From: an uncultured Pelagibacteraceae bacterium
GTDB taxonomy: Bacteria > Pseudomonadota > Alphaproteobacteria > Pelagibacterales > Pelagibacteraceae
Reading direction: 5' to 3'
Assembly: GCA_902609645.1 (NCBI GenBank)
Contig: CACLSS010000002.1
Location: forward strand, 10,680-74,679
DNA length: 64,000 nt
The position numbers and the translations under genes were made by a program. Positions 26,274-36,925 of this stretch are shown one piece after another. The notes under the pieces were generated by a model, which saw nothing but the letters and a program-made list of their open reading frames with translations, ran no database searches and was not told the origin of the DNA. Within the stretch, counting starts at the first letter, position 1, and every line of letters begins with the position of its first letter.

Positions 26274-28600
26274 AACTTTTTATTGTAAGTGAATGATATT
26301 AAAGAGGAGTTCATATCATTATTTGTATTTTGTGTACCGAAAGCGTTTATTATAAATTGACTATTATTTTTTTGATTAATAGAGGAATATCCTAATCCTG
26401 CAGTAACAAATTGATCTCTTTTTTTATTATCTGTTAAGGCATATCCGTCACCAGTATCTTTTATTGTGGCAATTGAGTCGGCCCCGTCTAATTTATTCTC
26501 CTCGCTGCCAAACAGCGAAAGTTTAAATCCTTTGGATATAAAACCATTATTTGAAAACTCTCTATCTAAATTAAAACCTAATTCTGGTTTGATTTGCAAT
26601 AAATTATCAGTTTTTATTTTTAGAGCTAAATCTCCCCCACTTTCATCAATATCATCCTGTAAAACATAGGCAGTATTAATTGTAGCTGTTGGATTAAAAA
26701 CCCAACCACCTAAATTTATCTTTTTTGAAATACCTCCGGTTAAATCAAGGCCTAATTCATACCTTTCAGATTTTAGTGATTGTGTACTTCCTTCAGTAAT
26801 GTTTCTTGTTGAGTTATTTTTAGAAATAAATGAGCCCAAATTTAAAGATGTATCAAACTTTCTATATTCTTTATTTGCAAAAAAGTTGGCATGTAAACTG
26901 TGAGTATTATTTAAACCATAGCCCTCGTCATAATCTAATCCTGATGTTGAAAATCCTAGTCCCCATCCAGCTTGTAAATTATCAACAATAGTTTGATTTC
27001 CAAACACAAAGCCTGCTGTGTTTGACTCATAACCAATTTCATCTCCAACTTTTTCTTGATCAGTGACACCACCAAAAGTTCTTAAATAAAATGAATTATC
27101 TGGTGCGCCTATTTGTAATAAGTTTCTTTTTGAATAAATATTGGCAATATCACTTAAAGTGAAATCATTTGTTAAATTTATTTTTTCTACTTTAGGGTTG
27201 TAGTAATTTTTAACATCATCAAAACTTAAACTAGCAAAATTATTTTGAACTAGTTGATCAAAACTTGGTCCTTTAATTGCAGCTGTCATGGATCTTTTAA
27301 AACTATTATTACTTTTGACGCTCTGACCAATAGATTTTTGAATCGTCATTCCTTTGATTTGTCTCATTGCTTTTTCTAGAGCTGTGTCAGACAAAGCGTC
27401 AAGATTGCTTGTAAGAGTAGACTTAGTTCCATTGGTATTAAATTTTTCTAAAACTGAAGCTATTGCTGAAAATCTTGTTTTAGGTATCCTAACTTTATAG
27501 CCTGTTCTTCTGTTAGCTATTTCTAGATCCCAATCACTTCCATTTGCGACTAGTCTCCATTTTAATGTGCTGTTATAATTTGTCCATGTTGCTTCGTTTC
27601 CAATATAGCTAGCTGCAATGTTCTGTAAAACTGCCGAATATGTATTTACTGCTAGTGAAGAGGAAGAATCAATTCCAAATGTAAGTGATCCAGACTCGTT
27701 TGAGAAATCAATTTTACCAAAATCTGAAGTAGAGTTTAAAATTACATTATAGTTAGTTGGAACGTTTCCATCAAATGTTATCGAGTCACTTCCACCTTGG
27801 TCATTCGTTAATGTTGTGATAGTTCCAGTATTATTAATATCGTAAACGGCTCCATTTATTGTTCCTGTATTAGTGATTACTGCATTTGTTCCTTCATTTA
27901 AAATAGCATCTGTACTACCACTTTGAGTTATAGTCCCTGTATTAATTAAAGTTTGTCCATCTGCACCAGAATAATACTGAATTGCTTTTTGAGATGTACC
28001 ATTACCACCTATGGTAAATGTTCCATTATTTGTTATTGTTGTGTTATCACTTGAAATCATGCCCCCAGGGTTATTATCGAGACCTATTACATTAATCGAT
28101 GCACCACTAGAATTAGTAAAACTTTGTCCAGACCCTACATTAAATCTAAATGCACCATTATTTTTATTTCCACCTGAGGCTCCATAGTCTAGGTTTATTG
28201 TACCGTTATTAATACTTTCACCATTATCACCTTCGTCATGAAAGGCGCTTTGATATCCGTAACGATGTTGTGCGTTACTTTCAATTGTTCCGTTATTAAC
28301 CATGGTTGTATCATCGAAACCATTATAAAAAGCTCGAACATTTCGATATCTAAGAGATATTGTTCCGTCATTTGTATAGGTAGCCTCATCAGCAGCTCCA
28401 GATGTGTTACTTGCATTACCTGGATGACCAAAAAAACAATAAGAATCCGTCCAACTTATAGTTACAGTACCACTATTTGTTAAAGTTCCACAGTTTACTG
28501 CAGCTTTAACATTTAATTGAAATGAAAAAAATAATAAAAAAAAGAGTATTGTTGTTTTAACAATTTTTGTTTGTTTGTTTGTTATGCTAATTAAATTCAT
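26270..28600 (-). CDS. Autotransporter (type Va secretion) outer membrane protein
   Basis: The 776-aa ORF has a signal peptide ending ..LNVKA/AV. The passenger carries at least 8 N-x-G-T-[IVF] beta-helix-like repeats. A roughly 270-aa C-terminal beta-barrel domain ends in ...SFTYNKKF, with an aromatic terminus. Confidence 0.75.
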   Translation of the reverse strand: MNLISITNKQTKIVKTTILFFLLFFSFQLNVKAAVNCGTLTNSGTVTISWTDSYCFFGHPGNASNTSGAADEATYTNDGTISLRYRNVRAFYNGFDDTTMVNNGTIESNAQHRYGYQSAFHDEGDNGESINNGTINLDYGASGGNKNNGAFRFNVGSGQSFTNSSGASINVIGLDNNPGGMISSDNTTITNNGTFTIGGNGTSQKAIQYYSGADGQTLINTGTITQSGSTDAILNEGTNAVITNTGTINGAVYDINNTGTITTLTNDQGGSDSITFDGNVPTNYNVILNSTSDFGKIDFSNESGSLTFGIDSSSSLAVNTYSAVLQNIAASYIGNEATWTNYNSTLKWRLVANGSDWDLEIANRRTGYKVRIPKTRFSAIASVLEKFNTNGTKSTLTSNLDALSDTALEKAMRQIKGMTIQKSIGQSVKSNNSFKRSMTAAIKGPSFDQLVQNNFASLSFDDVKNYYNPKVEKINLTNDFTLSDIANIYSKRNLLQIGAPDNSFYLRTFGGVTDQEKVGDEIGYESNTAGFVFGNQTIVDNLQAGWGLGFSTSGLDYDEGYGLNNTHSLHANFFANKEYRKFDTSLNLGSFISKNNSTRNITEGSTQSLKSERYELGLDLTGGISKKINLGGWVFNPTATINTAYVLQDDIDESGGDLALKIKTDNLLQIKPELGFNLDREFSNNGFISKGFKLSLFGSEENKLDGADSIATIKDTGDGYALTDNKKRDQFVTAGLGYSSINQKNNSQFIINAFGTQNTNNDMNSSLISFTYNKKF

Positions 28601-28693
28601 AGTGCCTTTTGTCTACAACAATACCTGAAAGTTGTTTAATAACAACGGTTATATGATGAATAATCTGCAAAGATGATATGTTATTTTTTTAAT

Positions 28694-31354
28694 CTATTTT
28701 CTTAATTCCGCTTGTGCAGCTGCTAACCTTGCAATTGGTACTCTAAAAGGAGAACAAGAGACATAGTTTAATCCTGCTTTAGAACAAAATTCTATACTTT
28801 TGGGATCACCACCATGTTCTCCACAAATTCCTAATTTAAGTTTTCTATTATTTTTTCTTCCTCTTTCGGTCGCGATTTTAACCAACTCACCTACTCCATC
28901 TTTATCGATACTTACGAATGGATCGGTATCGAAAATTTTATGATCTAAGTAATCATTTAAAAACTTTCCAGAATCATCGCGGCTTATACCGTAAGTAGTT
29001 TGTGTTAAATCATTTGTTCCAAAACTAAAAAAGTCAGCATATTTCGAGATCGGTGCTGCTCTGAGTGCAGCCCTTGGTAGCTCAATCATTGTACCGACGA
29101 AGTAATTAATTTTTATTTTATTTTCCTTTTGAACTTTATCAGCAACCTTACTTACTAGTTTTCTCATTATTCCAAGCTCATCTTCTGTTGAAACAAGAGG
29201 TATCATAATTTCTGGTATTATAGATTGAACTTTTTCTTTTTTGCATTCAATAAGCGCTGTAAATATTGCTTTACATTGCATTTCGTATATTTCGGGGAAC
29301 GATATACCTAATCTACATCCCCTATGACCGAGCATAGGGTTCAATTCATGAAGTTCAGCTACTCTATCTTTAATTTCCTTAACACCTAAATTAAGTGATC
29401 TAGCTAGATCTTCCATATCTTTATCTGTTTTTGGAAGAAATTCATGTAGTGGAGGATCTAAAAGTCTAACAGTTACTGGTAGACCTTTCATGATTTTAAA
29501 GATTTCTTTAAAATCATTTTTCTGATGAGGTAATAATTTTTCTAAAGCAACTTTCCTACCATCTAAATCCTTCGATACAATCATTTGTCTAACAGATAAG
29601 ATTCTCTCCTCTTCAAAAAACATATGTTCGGTTCTACATAAGCCAATTCCCTCTGCACCAAAGCTTCTTGCTACTTTAGTGTCTTGTGGTGTTTCTGAAT
29701 TAGTTCTAATTTTTAATTTTCTAAAATCATCTGCCCACTTCATAATTGTTGAAAAATATCCTGATATATCTGGTTTAACAGTTGGTACTACTCCCTGCAT
29801 CACTCTACCTGATCCACCATCTATAGTAATAGTATCACCTTCTTTAATAACTAAATCTCCAACTTTAAATTCTTTACTCTCATAATCTATGTTGATTTCT
29901 GCTGAGCCTGAAACACAAGGCCTGCCCATACCCCTAGCAACTACAGCAGCGTGACTTGTCATTCCGCCGCGTGCTGTAAGAATACCTTTTGCTGCATGCA
30001 TTCCATGAATATCCTCAGGTGATGTTTCTACTCTAACCAGAATTGTATCCTCTTTTTGATTTTGCATTCTCTCAGCTTCATCAGCCGTAAAAACAACTTT
30101 TCCACTAGCGGCACCAGGAGATGCAGGCAAACCTTTTGCTATTATTTTTTTTTCAACTTTATCATCTAAAGTAGGGTGTAAAAGCGTGTCAAGTGTGTTT
30201 GGGTCTATTCTTAAAATTGCATCTTTTTTTGTTATCAATTTTTCTTTAACCATATCTACCGCAATTTTTATAGCAGCATTTGCAGTACGTTTTCCATTTC
30301 GAGTTTGTAACATCCATAATTTTTGATTTTCAACTGTAAACTCTATATCTTGCATGTCCTTATAATGTTTTTCTAGTTTTAAGAAAATATTTTTTAACTC
30401 ACTAAAAACTTTTGGCATAGTTTCTTCCATTGATTTTTCTTTAACACCAGCTTTCTCTCTTGCTCTCTTCGTTATGTATCTCGGGGTCCTACTACCTGCT
30501 ACAACATCCTCTCCTTGAGCATTGATCAAATATTCTCCAAAAAATTTATTTTCACCAGTAGACGGATTTCTCGTAAAAGCTACACCCGTAGCGCAATCAT
30601 TACCCATATTTCCAAATACCATAGACTGGACATTAACTGCTGTACCCCAATCTCCAGGTATTTGATTTAATTTCCTGTAGGTCTTTGCTCTTTTACTCTC
30701 CCAAGATAAAAATACAGCATTAATTGCACCAAATAATTGTTCATTAACATCTTGAGGAAAATCTTTTTTAGTTTTTTCCTTAATTAATTTTTTAAAATTG
30801 TTAATTAAACCTTCCCAGTCCTCAGAATTAAGTTCAGTGTCTTGTAGAACACCCTTTGTTAATTTATAATTGTCAATCATCTCTTCAAAATGGTGTGTCT
30901 CAACACCCATTACAACATTAGCGTACATTTGAATAAATCTTCTGTAACTATCTTTGGCAAATCTGTCATTTGCTGTTTTTTTTGATAAAGCTTCTACTGT
31001 TTTGTCATTAAGACCTAAATTAAGAATAGTGTCCATCATTCCAGGCATAGAAACTCTGGAACCTGATCTCACTGAAATCAACAAAGGATTATTATTATCA
31101 CCAAACTTTTTCTTAGTCTTTGACTCAATTTTTTTTAGTTCTTTTTTTATCTCAACCTTAATTTTTGTATTTAATTTTTTATTACTCTTATAAAAAATTT
31201 CACACATCTTAGTTGAAATTGTAAAACCTGGAGGTACTGGCAATCCAAGTCTTGCCATTTCAGCTAGATTGGAACCTTTGCCACCTAAAATATTTCTTGA
31301 ATTCGGTATTTTTTTTGCTTTTTTATCACCAAAACCAAATATTAACTTTGACAT
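28694..31354 (-). CDS. ppdK: Pyruvate, phosphate dikinase
   Basis: The 886-aa ORF has the phospho-His region GGMTSHAAVVARG and the PEP-utilising C-terminal motif GICGE. Confidence 0.95.
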   Translation of the reverse strand: MSKLIFGFGDKKAKKIPNSRNILGGKGSNLAEMARLGLPVPPGFTISTKMCEIFYKSNKKLNTKIKVEIKKELKKIESKTKKKFGDNNNPLLISVRSGSRVSMPGMMDTILNLGLNDKTVEALSKKTANDRFAKDSYRRFIQMYANVVMGVETHHFEEMIDNYKLTKGVLQDTELNSEDWEGLINNFKKLIKEKTKKDFPQDVNEQLFGAINAVFLSWESKRAKTYRKLNQIPGDWGTAVNVQSMVFGNMGNDCATGVAFTRNPSTGENKFFGEYLINAQGEDVVAGSRTPRYITKRAREKAGVKEKSMEETMPKVFSELKNIFLKLEKHYKDMQDIEFTVENQKLWMLQTRNGKRTANAAIKIAVDMVKEKLITKKDAILRIDPNTLDTLLHPTLDDKVEKKIIAKGLPASPGAASGKVVFTADEAERMQNQKEDTILVRVETSPEDIHGMHAAKGILTARGGMTSHAAVVARGMGRPCVSGSAEINIDYESKEFKVGDLVIKEGDTITIDGGSGRVMQGVVPTVKPDISGYFSTIMKWADDFRKLKIRTNSETPQDTKVARSFGAEGIGLCRTEHMFFEEERILSVRQMIVSKDLDGRKVALEKLLPHQKNDFKEIFKIMKGLPVTVRLLDPPLHEFLPKTDKDMEDLARSLNLGVKEIKDRVAELHELNPMLGHRGCRLGISFPEIYEMQCKAIFTALIECKKEKVQSIIPEIMIPLVSTEDELGIMRKLVSKVADKVQKENKIKINYFVGTMIELPRAALRAAPISKYADFFSFGTNDLTQTTYGISRDDSGKFLNDYLDHKIFDTDPFVSIDKDGVGELVKIATERGRKNNRKLKLGICGEHGGDPKSIEFCSKAGLNYVSCSPFRVPIARLAAAQAELRK

Positions 31355-33408
31355 TAATTACCTTCCAATTTTGAAAAATCTATAAAAGTATTAAATGTAG
31401 AACAGAGTCTTTGCAAGAGTTCTAATCTATTGTTTTTAATATCATTATTTTCATCGTTTACCTTTACATTATCAAAAAACTTGTCAGTGGATAACTTAGC
31501 ATCTGACAAAAGTTTAAGGTGGTTCTCATAACTTTCTTTCTTCTCCTTATAAGTAAAAGCTTTTCTTATATCGTTAATTTTATCAAATAATTCTTTTTCC
31601 TCGTCCTGTTTAAAAAGAACTGCATCGGGACCAGATTTTGATATGTTTTTTTCTCTATCAATAATATTGTATGCTCTTTTGTAAGTTGAAACTGCATTTT
31701 TCCCAAGATCTTTTGATATAAATTTATTCATCACAAGTGTTTTTTTGTATAGCTCAAGAAAATTATCATTAGTATGTGAACTTAATGAAGCTTCAATTAT
31801 ATCAGGTCTCACCCTTTTTTCTTTTAATATATTTTTCATACGATCTCTGAAAAAATTAATTAATTCTAAATGTGTATTCTTATTCATATCTTTAACACCT
31901 TGCTCAGTGTAAAATCTTATTAAGTAATCTATCAAGTCTCTAAGACCAACGGTCAGATTATTTTCAATAATTGTTCTTAATAATCCTATAGCTGACCTTC
32001 TTAAGGCAAAAGGATCTTTTGAGCTTGTCGGTTTTTCATTTATTAAAAAGAAACCAACAAGTGTATCTAATTTATCTATTATCGACAGACCATAACTAAT
32101 TGGTTTTTTTGGTACTGTTGAAGAAATACTAATTGGTAAATAATGTTCGCTAACAGCTCGAGATACGTCTTCTTCAAATCCCTGATTAGCAGCAAAATAT
32201 TTTCCCATAATTCCTTGTAATTCTGGGAATTCTCCGACTAAACCTGAGACTAAGTCAGATTTACAAATAGAAGCTGCTATCTCAAGTTTTTCTTTTTTAA
32301 TATCAAGTTGATCTGAAATAAAGTATGCCATTTTTCTTAATCTTTGCGTTTTGTCATAAATTGAACCTAAATTTTCATAAAACGTAATTTCTTTTAGTTT
32401 ATTAATCTGTTTGATTAAATTTAAAGATTTATCTTTTTCCCAAAAGAAACTAGCATCAGAAAGTCTTGCGTCGACTACCCTTTCATTTCCTACTTTGATC
32501 ACTTTTTTCTCGTCGTTTTTATTTGCAACTACAATAAAATTGTTGCTTATTCTGTCTCTATGATCAACTAAGGTAAAATACCTTTGATGAGTTTGAAGAG
32601 TAGACCTAATGACCTCAGGGGGTAATTTTAAATAACTTTTATCAAATTGAGCAACTAATATATTTGGATTATCAACTAAATTGGTTACCTCGGTAAGTAA
32701 AGTTTGGTCAATAAAAACTTTAAAAGATTTTTTTTTACATATTGATGAAATTTTATCGTGAATATATTTTTCACGTTCTCTATGATCAAGCATTATTGAA
32801 TAGCTTTTTAAAATTTTGTTATACTCAGAAAAATTATTAATTTTTTTTTGTGTTATTGAGTAATTTTCCTCTATTTGTGTAAAATTTGAAGTCTCAAGGT
32901 GTTGATAATTAAATTTTAGCACTTTGTTTCCAAAAATAGATAAAATTGATCTTAGTGGTCTACCCCAACTCATTTCATAGTCAGACCATTTCATAGATTT
33001 TTTCCAAGATATTTCGTTAAGAGATTTTAATATGCATTTAATTAATTCTTCTTCACTATTAATTTCTTTTCCTTTTATCTTAACAAAATGAAAATTTCCC
33101 TTCTCTGTTTTTTTTTCATATAGTTCACTTAAACTAACAAATCTTGATTTTGCAAAGTTTTCTAGAACTTTTTCTGGTACACCAACTTTTGGGCCTTTTA
33201 TTTCAGCTGGTAAAATTTTAATTTTATCTGGTAATTCAGAAATACGAGTGGCTATTCTTGTTGGAGTAGAATAAATCTCAAAGTTTCCATACTTTATTTT
33301 TGCTTCAGATAGTTTTTCTCCTAAAAGTTTTTGAAATTGTTTTCTAGTGCTTATTTGAAGATTTGGTGGTATTTCCTCACTAAAAAATTCAATTAAAAGT
33401 TCAGACAT
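31354..33408 (-). CDS. glyS: Glycine--tRNA ligase beta subunit
   Basis: The 684-aa ORF starts LLIEFFSEEIPP. It overlaps the glyQ stop by 1 nt. Confidence 0.92.
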   Translation of the reverse strand: MSELLIEFFSEEIPPNLQISTRKQFQKLLGEKLSEAKIKYGNFEIYSTPTRIATRISELPDKIKILPAEIKGPKVGVPEKVLENFAKSRFVSLSELYEKKTEKGNFHFVKIKGKEINSEEELIKCILKSLNEISWKKSMKWSDYEMSWGRPLRSILSIFGNKVLKFNYQHLETSNFTQIEENYSITQKKINNFSEYNKILKSYSIMLDHREREKYIHDKISSICKKKSFKVFIDQTLLTEVTNLVDNPNILVAQFDKSYLKLPPEVIRSTLQTHQRYFTLVDHRDRISNNFIVVANKNDEKKVIKVGNERVVDARLSDASFFWEKDKSLNLIKQINKLKEITFYENLGSIYDKTQRLRKMAYFISDQLDIKKEKLEIAASICKSDLVSGLVGEFPELQGIMGKYFAANQGFEEDVSRAVSEHYLPISISSTVPKKPISYGLSIIDKLDTLVGFFLINEKPTSSKDPFALRRSAIGLLRTIIENNLTVGLRDLIDYLIRFYTEQGVKDMNKNTHLELINFFRDRMKNILKEKRVRPDIIEASLSSHTNDNFLELYKKTLVMNKFISKDLGKNAVSTYKRAYNIIDREKNISKSGPDAVLFKQDEEKELFDKINDIRKAFTYKEKKESYENHLKLLSDAKLSTDKFFDNVKVNDENNDIKNNRLELLQRLCSTFNTFIDFSKLEGN

Positions 33409-34289
33409 TATCTTTCTTGATTTTCTAACCAGCCTGATCCGGCTCCCTTCGCTAGTTCACGAATTCTATTTATATAACCAGTTCTCTCTGCAACTGCAAT
33501 TACACCTCTTGCATCTAACAAATTAAAAATATGACTAGCTTTTAAACATTGATCGTAAGCTGGTAAAGGAAGTTTTTGATCTAAAAGATTTTTGCATTCC
33601 TGTTCTGCGATTTCAAAATTTTTGAGTAGAGATTCGGTGTTAGCTTGATCAAAATTATAAGCGGAGAATTCTTTTTCTGACTGAAGATAAACATCTCCAT
33701 ATTTTACTCCATTATCATTCCAATCAATTTCAAAAATATTTTTCTTTCCTTGTACAAACATACAAATTCTCTCTAAGCCATATGTTAGCTCCACCGATAT
33801 TGGTTTGCATTCTATTCCTGTCATTTTTTGAAAATAAGTAAACTGTGTAATTTCCATTCCATCACACCATACTTCCCAACCTAAACCTGCAGCTCCCAAA
33901 GTTGGGCTCTCCCAATCATCTTCAACAAATCTTATATCATGCTCTTTAGAGTCTATACCAATAGCCATAAGACTTTTTAAATATAGTTGTTTAATATCTT
34001 TTGGAGATGGTTTTATTATAACTTGATATTGATAATAATGTTGTAGTCGGTTTGGATTTTTTCCATATCTTCCATCTGTTGGTCTTCTTGATGGTTGAAC
34101 GTAAGCTGCTTTCCAAGGTTTTGGTCCTAGTGATCTTAAAGTAGTTGCAGGATGAAAAGTGCCAGCTCCAACTTCTAAATCGTAAGGTTGTAAAATAATG
34201 CAACCTTGTTTGTCCCAAAACTTTTGTAAATTAAAAATCAAATTTTGAAATGATAAAACTGTATTTTTCTTTTTAGTTTTTTTTGGCAT
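33408..34289 (-). CDS. glyQ: Glycine--tRNA ligase alpha subunit
   Basis: The 293-aa ORF has highly conserved GlyQ motifs: [19 protein letters not shown] and YYQYQV. Confidence 0.95.
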   Translation of the reverse strand: MPKKTKKKNTVLSFQNLIFNLQKFWDKQGCIILQPYDLEVGAGTFHPATTLRSLGPKPWKAAYVQPSRRPTDGRYGKNPNRLQHYYQYQVIIKPSPKDIKQLYLKSLMAIGIDSKEHDIRFVEDDWESPTLGAAGLGWEVWCDGMEITQFTYFQKMTGIECKPISVELTYGLERICMFVQGKKNIFEIDWNDNGVKYGDVYLQSEKEFSAYNFDQANTESLLKNFEIAEQECKNLLDQKLPLPAYDQCLKASHIFNLLDARGVIAVAERTGYINRIRELAKGAGSGWLENQER

Positions 34290-35102
34290 TTATAAACCAA
34301 ATTTTTGCCACAGAGCTCTTTCTTCTATAACACTCACTACATTATCAACTTGATTATCTAGTGAGGAAGATAATCTTTTTGCTAAAAAACCTTTTTGTTT
34401 TTCAAACTTTTTAATTTCAATATTTTCTCCAAATTTTTCTCTCAATATTTGTTCTGCATTTCCAATACCATCTATAAGTCCTAATTTTAAAGAAGTTGAA
34501 CCTGACCAAAATTCTCCTGTAAAAGTATTATTTTTATCTGGATCTTTAAGTTTAGATCCACGACTTTTTTTTACTAAGTTTATGAAGTCTGAGTGTAGTT
34601 CTAACTGTAATTTTTTAATTCTCTCAATATCTTCAGGTTTCTCCTCTTTGAAGGGATCCAAAGTGCTTTTATTTTTTCCAGCAGTATATACTCTTCTTTG
34701 AACTCCTATTCTTTTGATAGCATCCTGGAACCCAAAAGATGCAGAAATAACTCCGATTGATCCAACTATTGAACTAGAGTTTGCATAAATCTCATCACCT
34801 GCACAAGCGATTAAATAACCGCCTGAGGCTGCAACATCTTCTGCAAAAACAATTACTTTTTTATTATTTTTTTTTGCAAGTTGTCTTATGTAATCATGAA
34901 TTAAATGTGATTGAACCGGTGACCCTCCGGGTGAGTTAATTGATATTGCTATACTCTTAGCTTTTTTAAATGAAAATGCTTTTTTAATAATCTCTTGTTG
35001 GCCAGAAAAATCTATACCTTGCCTAAATCGTCCAGCTGATCCAATGACTCCAGCTAGCCTGATATGTGGAACAATGATTTTTTTTTTAAAAAATGAAAAC
35101 AT
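34290..35102 (-). CDS. sppA: Signal peptide peptidase SppA, 36K type (S49 peptidase)
   Basis: The 270-aa ORF has INSPGGS and AASGGYLIACAGDEIYA motifs. Confidence 0.8.
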   Translation of the reverse strand: MFSFFKKKIIVPHIRLAGVIGSAGRFRQGIDFSGQQEIIKKAFSFKKAKSIAISINSPGGSPVQSHLIHDYIRQLAKKNNKKVIVFAEDVAASGGYLIACAGDEIYANSSSIVGSIGVISASFGFQDAIKRIGVQRRVYTAGKNKSTLDPFKEEKPEDIERIKKLQLELHSDFINLVKKSRGSKLKDPDKNNTFTGEFWSGSTSLKLGLIDGIGNAEQILREKFGENIEIKKFEKQKGFLAKRLSSSLDNQVDNVVSVIEERALWQKFGL

Positions 35103-35180
35103 ATGATTAAAGGTAATAACAATTCTTATATCAGCACATAAATTAAATTGAAATATAAATTACGCTACTCTTGGTTGAAA

Positions 35181-35207
35181 TTGACATGCGTCACAGAGGT
35201 CTAAAAT
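35181..35207 (+). promoter_or_regulatory. Candidate promoter for ispB
   Basis: TTGACA (35181-35186), a 15-nt spacer, then TAAAAT (35202-35207). The spacer is short. Prediction by eye only. Confidence 0.2.
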
Positions 35208-35248
35208 AATAATTAATTAATTTTTGAAAAGTATATAATAAATAACTT

Positions 35249-36262
35249 ATGGGTTCAGTAATTCCTTTAAAAAAATCTGCAAACAATGCTTATTTAGATC
35301 TAAGAAACCACTTAAATGACAAGCTTGATTCTGTTGAAAAACTTATAAAAAATAAACTCAAAAGTGATGTCACATTGATAAAAAAAATGAGTGATTATCA
35401 CCTTGATTCAGGTGGCAAAAGAATTAGGGCACTTCTAACAATGGGTTGTTCAAAATTAGGTGGTTATTTAGAGGGGGATAGAGATATAAATCTTGCAGCA
35501 TGTGTTGAACTAATTCACAGCGCAACCTTACTTCACGATGATGTTATTGATCAAAGTAAAGTACGAAGAGGTAACAAAACTCCAAATCACATATGGGGAA
35601 ATCAATCTTCTATATTGGTAGGAGACTATTTACTAAGTAGATGTTTTGAAATGATGGTTGAAGATGGAAATTTAGAGATATTGAAACTTCTTTCATCAAC
35701 GTCAACTAAAATTGCTCAAGGAGAAGTTATGCAGCTTCAACACAAAGGTGAGGCTGACCTTTTAGAAGAAAATTATTTAAAAATTATAAATTTAAAAACT
35801 GCAGCTCTGTTTTCAGCTGCTACAAGAGTTGGGGCATGTTTGTCAGACTTGGATATTAAGAAGAAAGATGCTTTAGGGTCATATGGTAAAAATTTAGGTT
35901 TAGCTTTTCAAATTGCAGATGATGCTTTGGATTATTTTTCTAAAGAAAAAATATTTGGAAAAGAAATTGGTAAAGATTTTTTTGAAGGTAAAGTTACTCT
36001 ACCAGTTATAATAGTATATCAAAAAGCTAATTCTATTGAGAGAACGTTTTTAATTAATACTTTCAAAAAAGACATTAGGAATAAAAAAGATTTTGAAGAG
36101 ACTCAAAGATTAATTAAAAAGTATAAAGCATTAGAGGCAACTTTTAGAAGAGCAGAGTATTTTGTAAACGTTTCTTACGATGCTTTAGGTATTTTCGAAA
36201 ATTCAGAAGAAAAAAATATTTTACAAAACTTAACTAGTTTTAGCCTTAATAGATCTTTCTAA
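35249..36262 (+). CDS. ispB: Long-chain polyprenyl diphosphate synthase (ubiquinone side chain, IspB family)
   Basis: The 337-aa ORF has a first DDxxD region (LLHDDVIDQSKVRRG) and a second (FQIADDALDY). Confidence 0.85.
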   Translation: MGSVIPLKKSANNAYLDLRNHLNDKLDSVEKLIKNKLKSDVTLIKKMSDYHLDSGGKRIRALLTMGCSKLGGYLEGDRDINLAACVELIHSATLLHDDVIDQSKVRRGNKTPNHIWGNQSSILVGDYLLSRCFEMMVEDGNLEILKLLSSTSTKIAQGEVMQLQHKGEADLLEENYLKIINLKTAALFSAATRVGACLSDLDIKKKDALGSYGKNLGLAFQIADDALDYFSKEKIFGKEIGKDFFEGKVTLPVIIVYQKANSIERTFLINTFKKDIRNKKDFEETQRLIKKYKALEATFRRAEYFVNVSYDALGIFENSEEKNILQNLTSFSLNRSF

Positions 36263-36891
36263 GGATAAAGTATTTCTTTTACCCAATTGTTATTTTCTTT
36301 TTTATAGTTAAGTCTTTCGTGAATTCTGTTTTTTATTTCCAGCCAAAACTCAATTCGTTCAGGTTTTAGATTCCAACCTGACCAGTGAGGTGGTCTAGGG
36401 ACTTTATTTTCGTCTGGATATTTATTTTTAAATTCTTCAAACCTTTGGATTAACTCTTCTCTTTTTTTCATTACACTAGACTGCGATGATGCCCACGCAC
36501 CTATTCTACTCCTATAAGCTCTTGAATTATAATATTTATCAGCAACTTTATCATCAACAACATTTACTTTACCAGAAATTCTTATTTGTCTTCTAAGACT
36601 TTTCCAATGAAAACACATTGAGGCATTAGGATTTTTTTTAAGATCAATTCCTTTTTTACTATTAAAATTAGTATAGAAAATAAATCCATCCTCACTATAA
36701 CCTTTTAACAAAACCATTCTCACACTTGGAATTCCATCAGGTGTTGAAGTTGCAAGTGATAATGCATTTGGATCATTAATTTCACTTTTTTCGGCGACAG
36801 AGAACCAATTTTTAAACAAAACAATAGGATTCGCCTCATCTCCAAAGCAATTATCCAGTCCTAACGAATTTTGGCCATTTTTTTGATTCAT
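36259..36891 (-). CDS. pdxH: Pyridoxamine 5'-phosphate oxidase
   Basis: The 210-aa ORF has PSVRMVLLKG, QIRISG and IEFW motifs. Confidence 0.9.
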   Translation of the reverse strand: MNQKNGQNSLGLDNCFGDEANPIVLFKNWFSVAEKSEINDPNALSLATSTPDGIPSVRMVLLKGYSEDGFIFYTNFNSKKGIDLKKNPNASMCFHWKSLRRQIRISGKVNVVDDKVADKYYNSRAYRSRIGAWASSQSSVMKKREELIQRFEEFKNKYPDENKVPRPPHWSGWNLKPERIEFWLEIKNRIHERLNYKKENNNWVKEILYP

Positions 36892-36925
36892 AATTAATAT
36901 AAAATAATTTATACATTAAATATCG

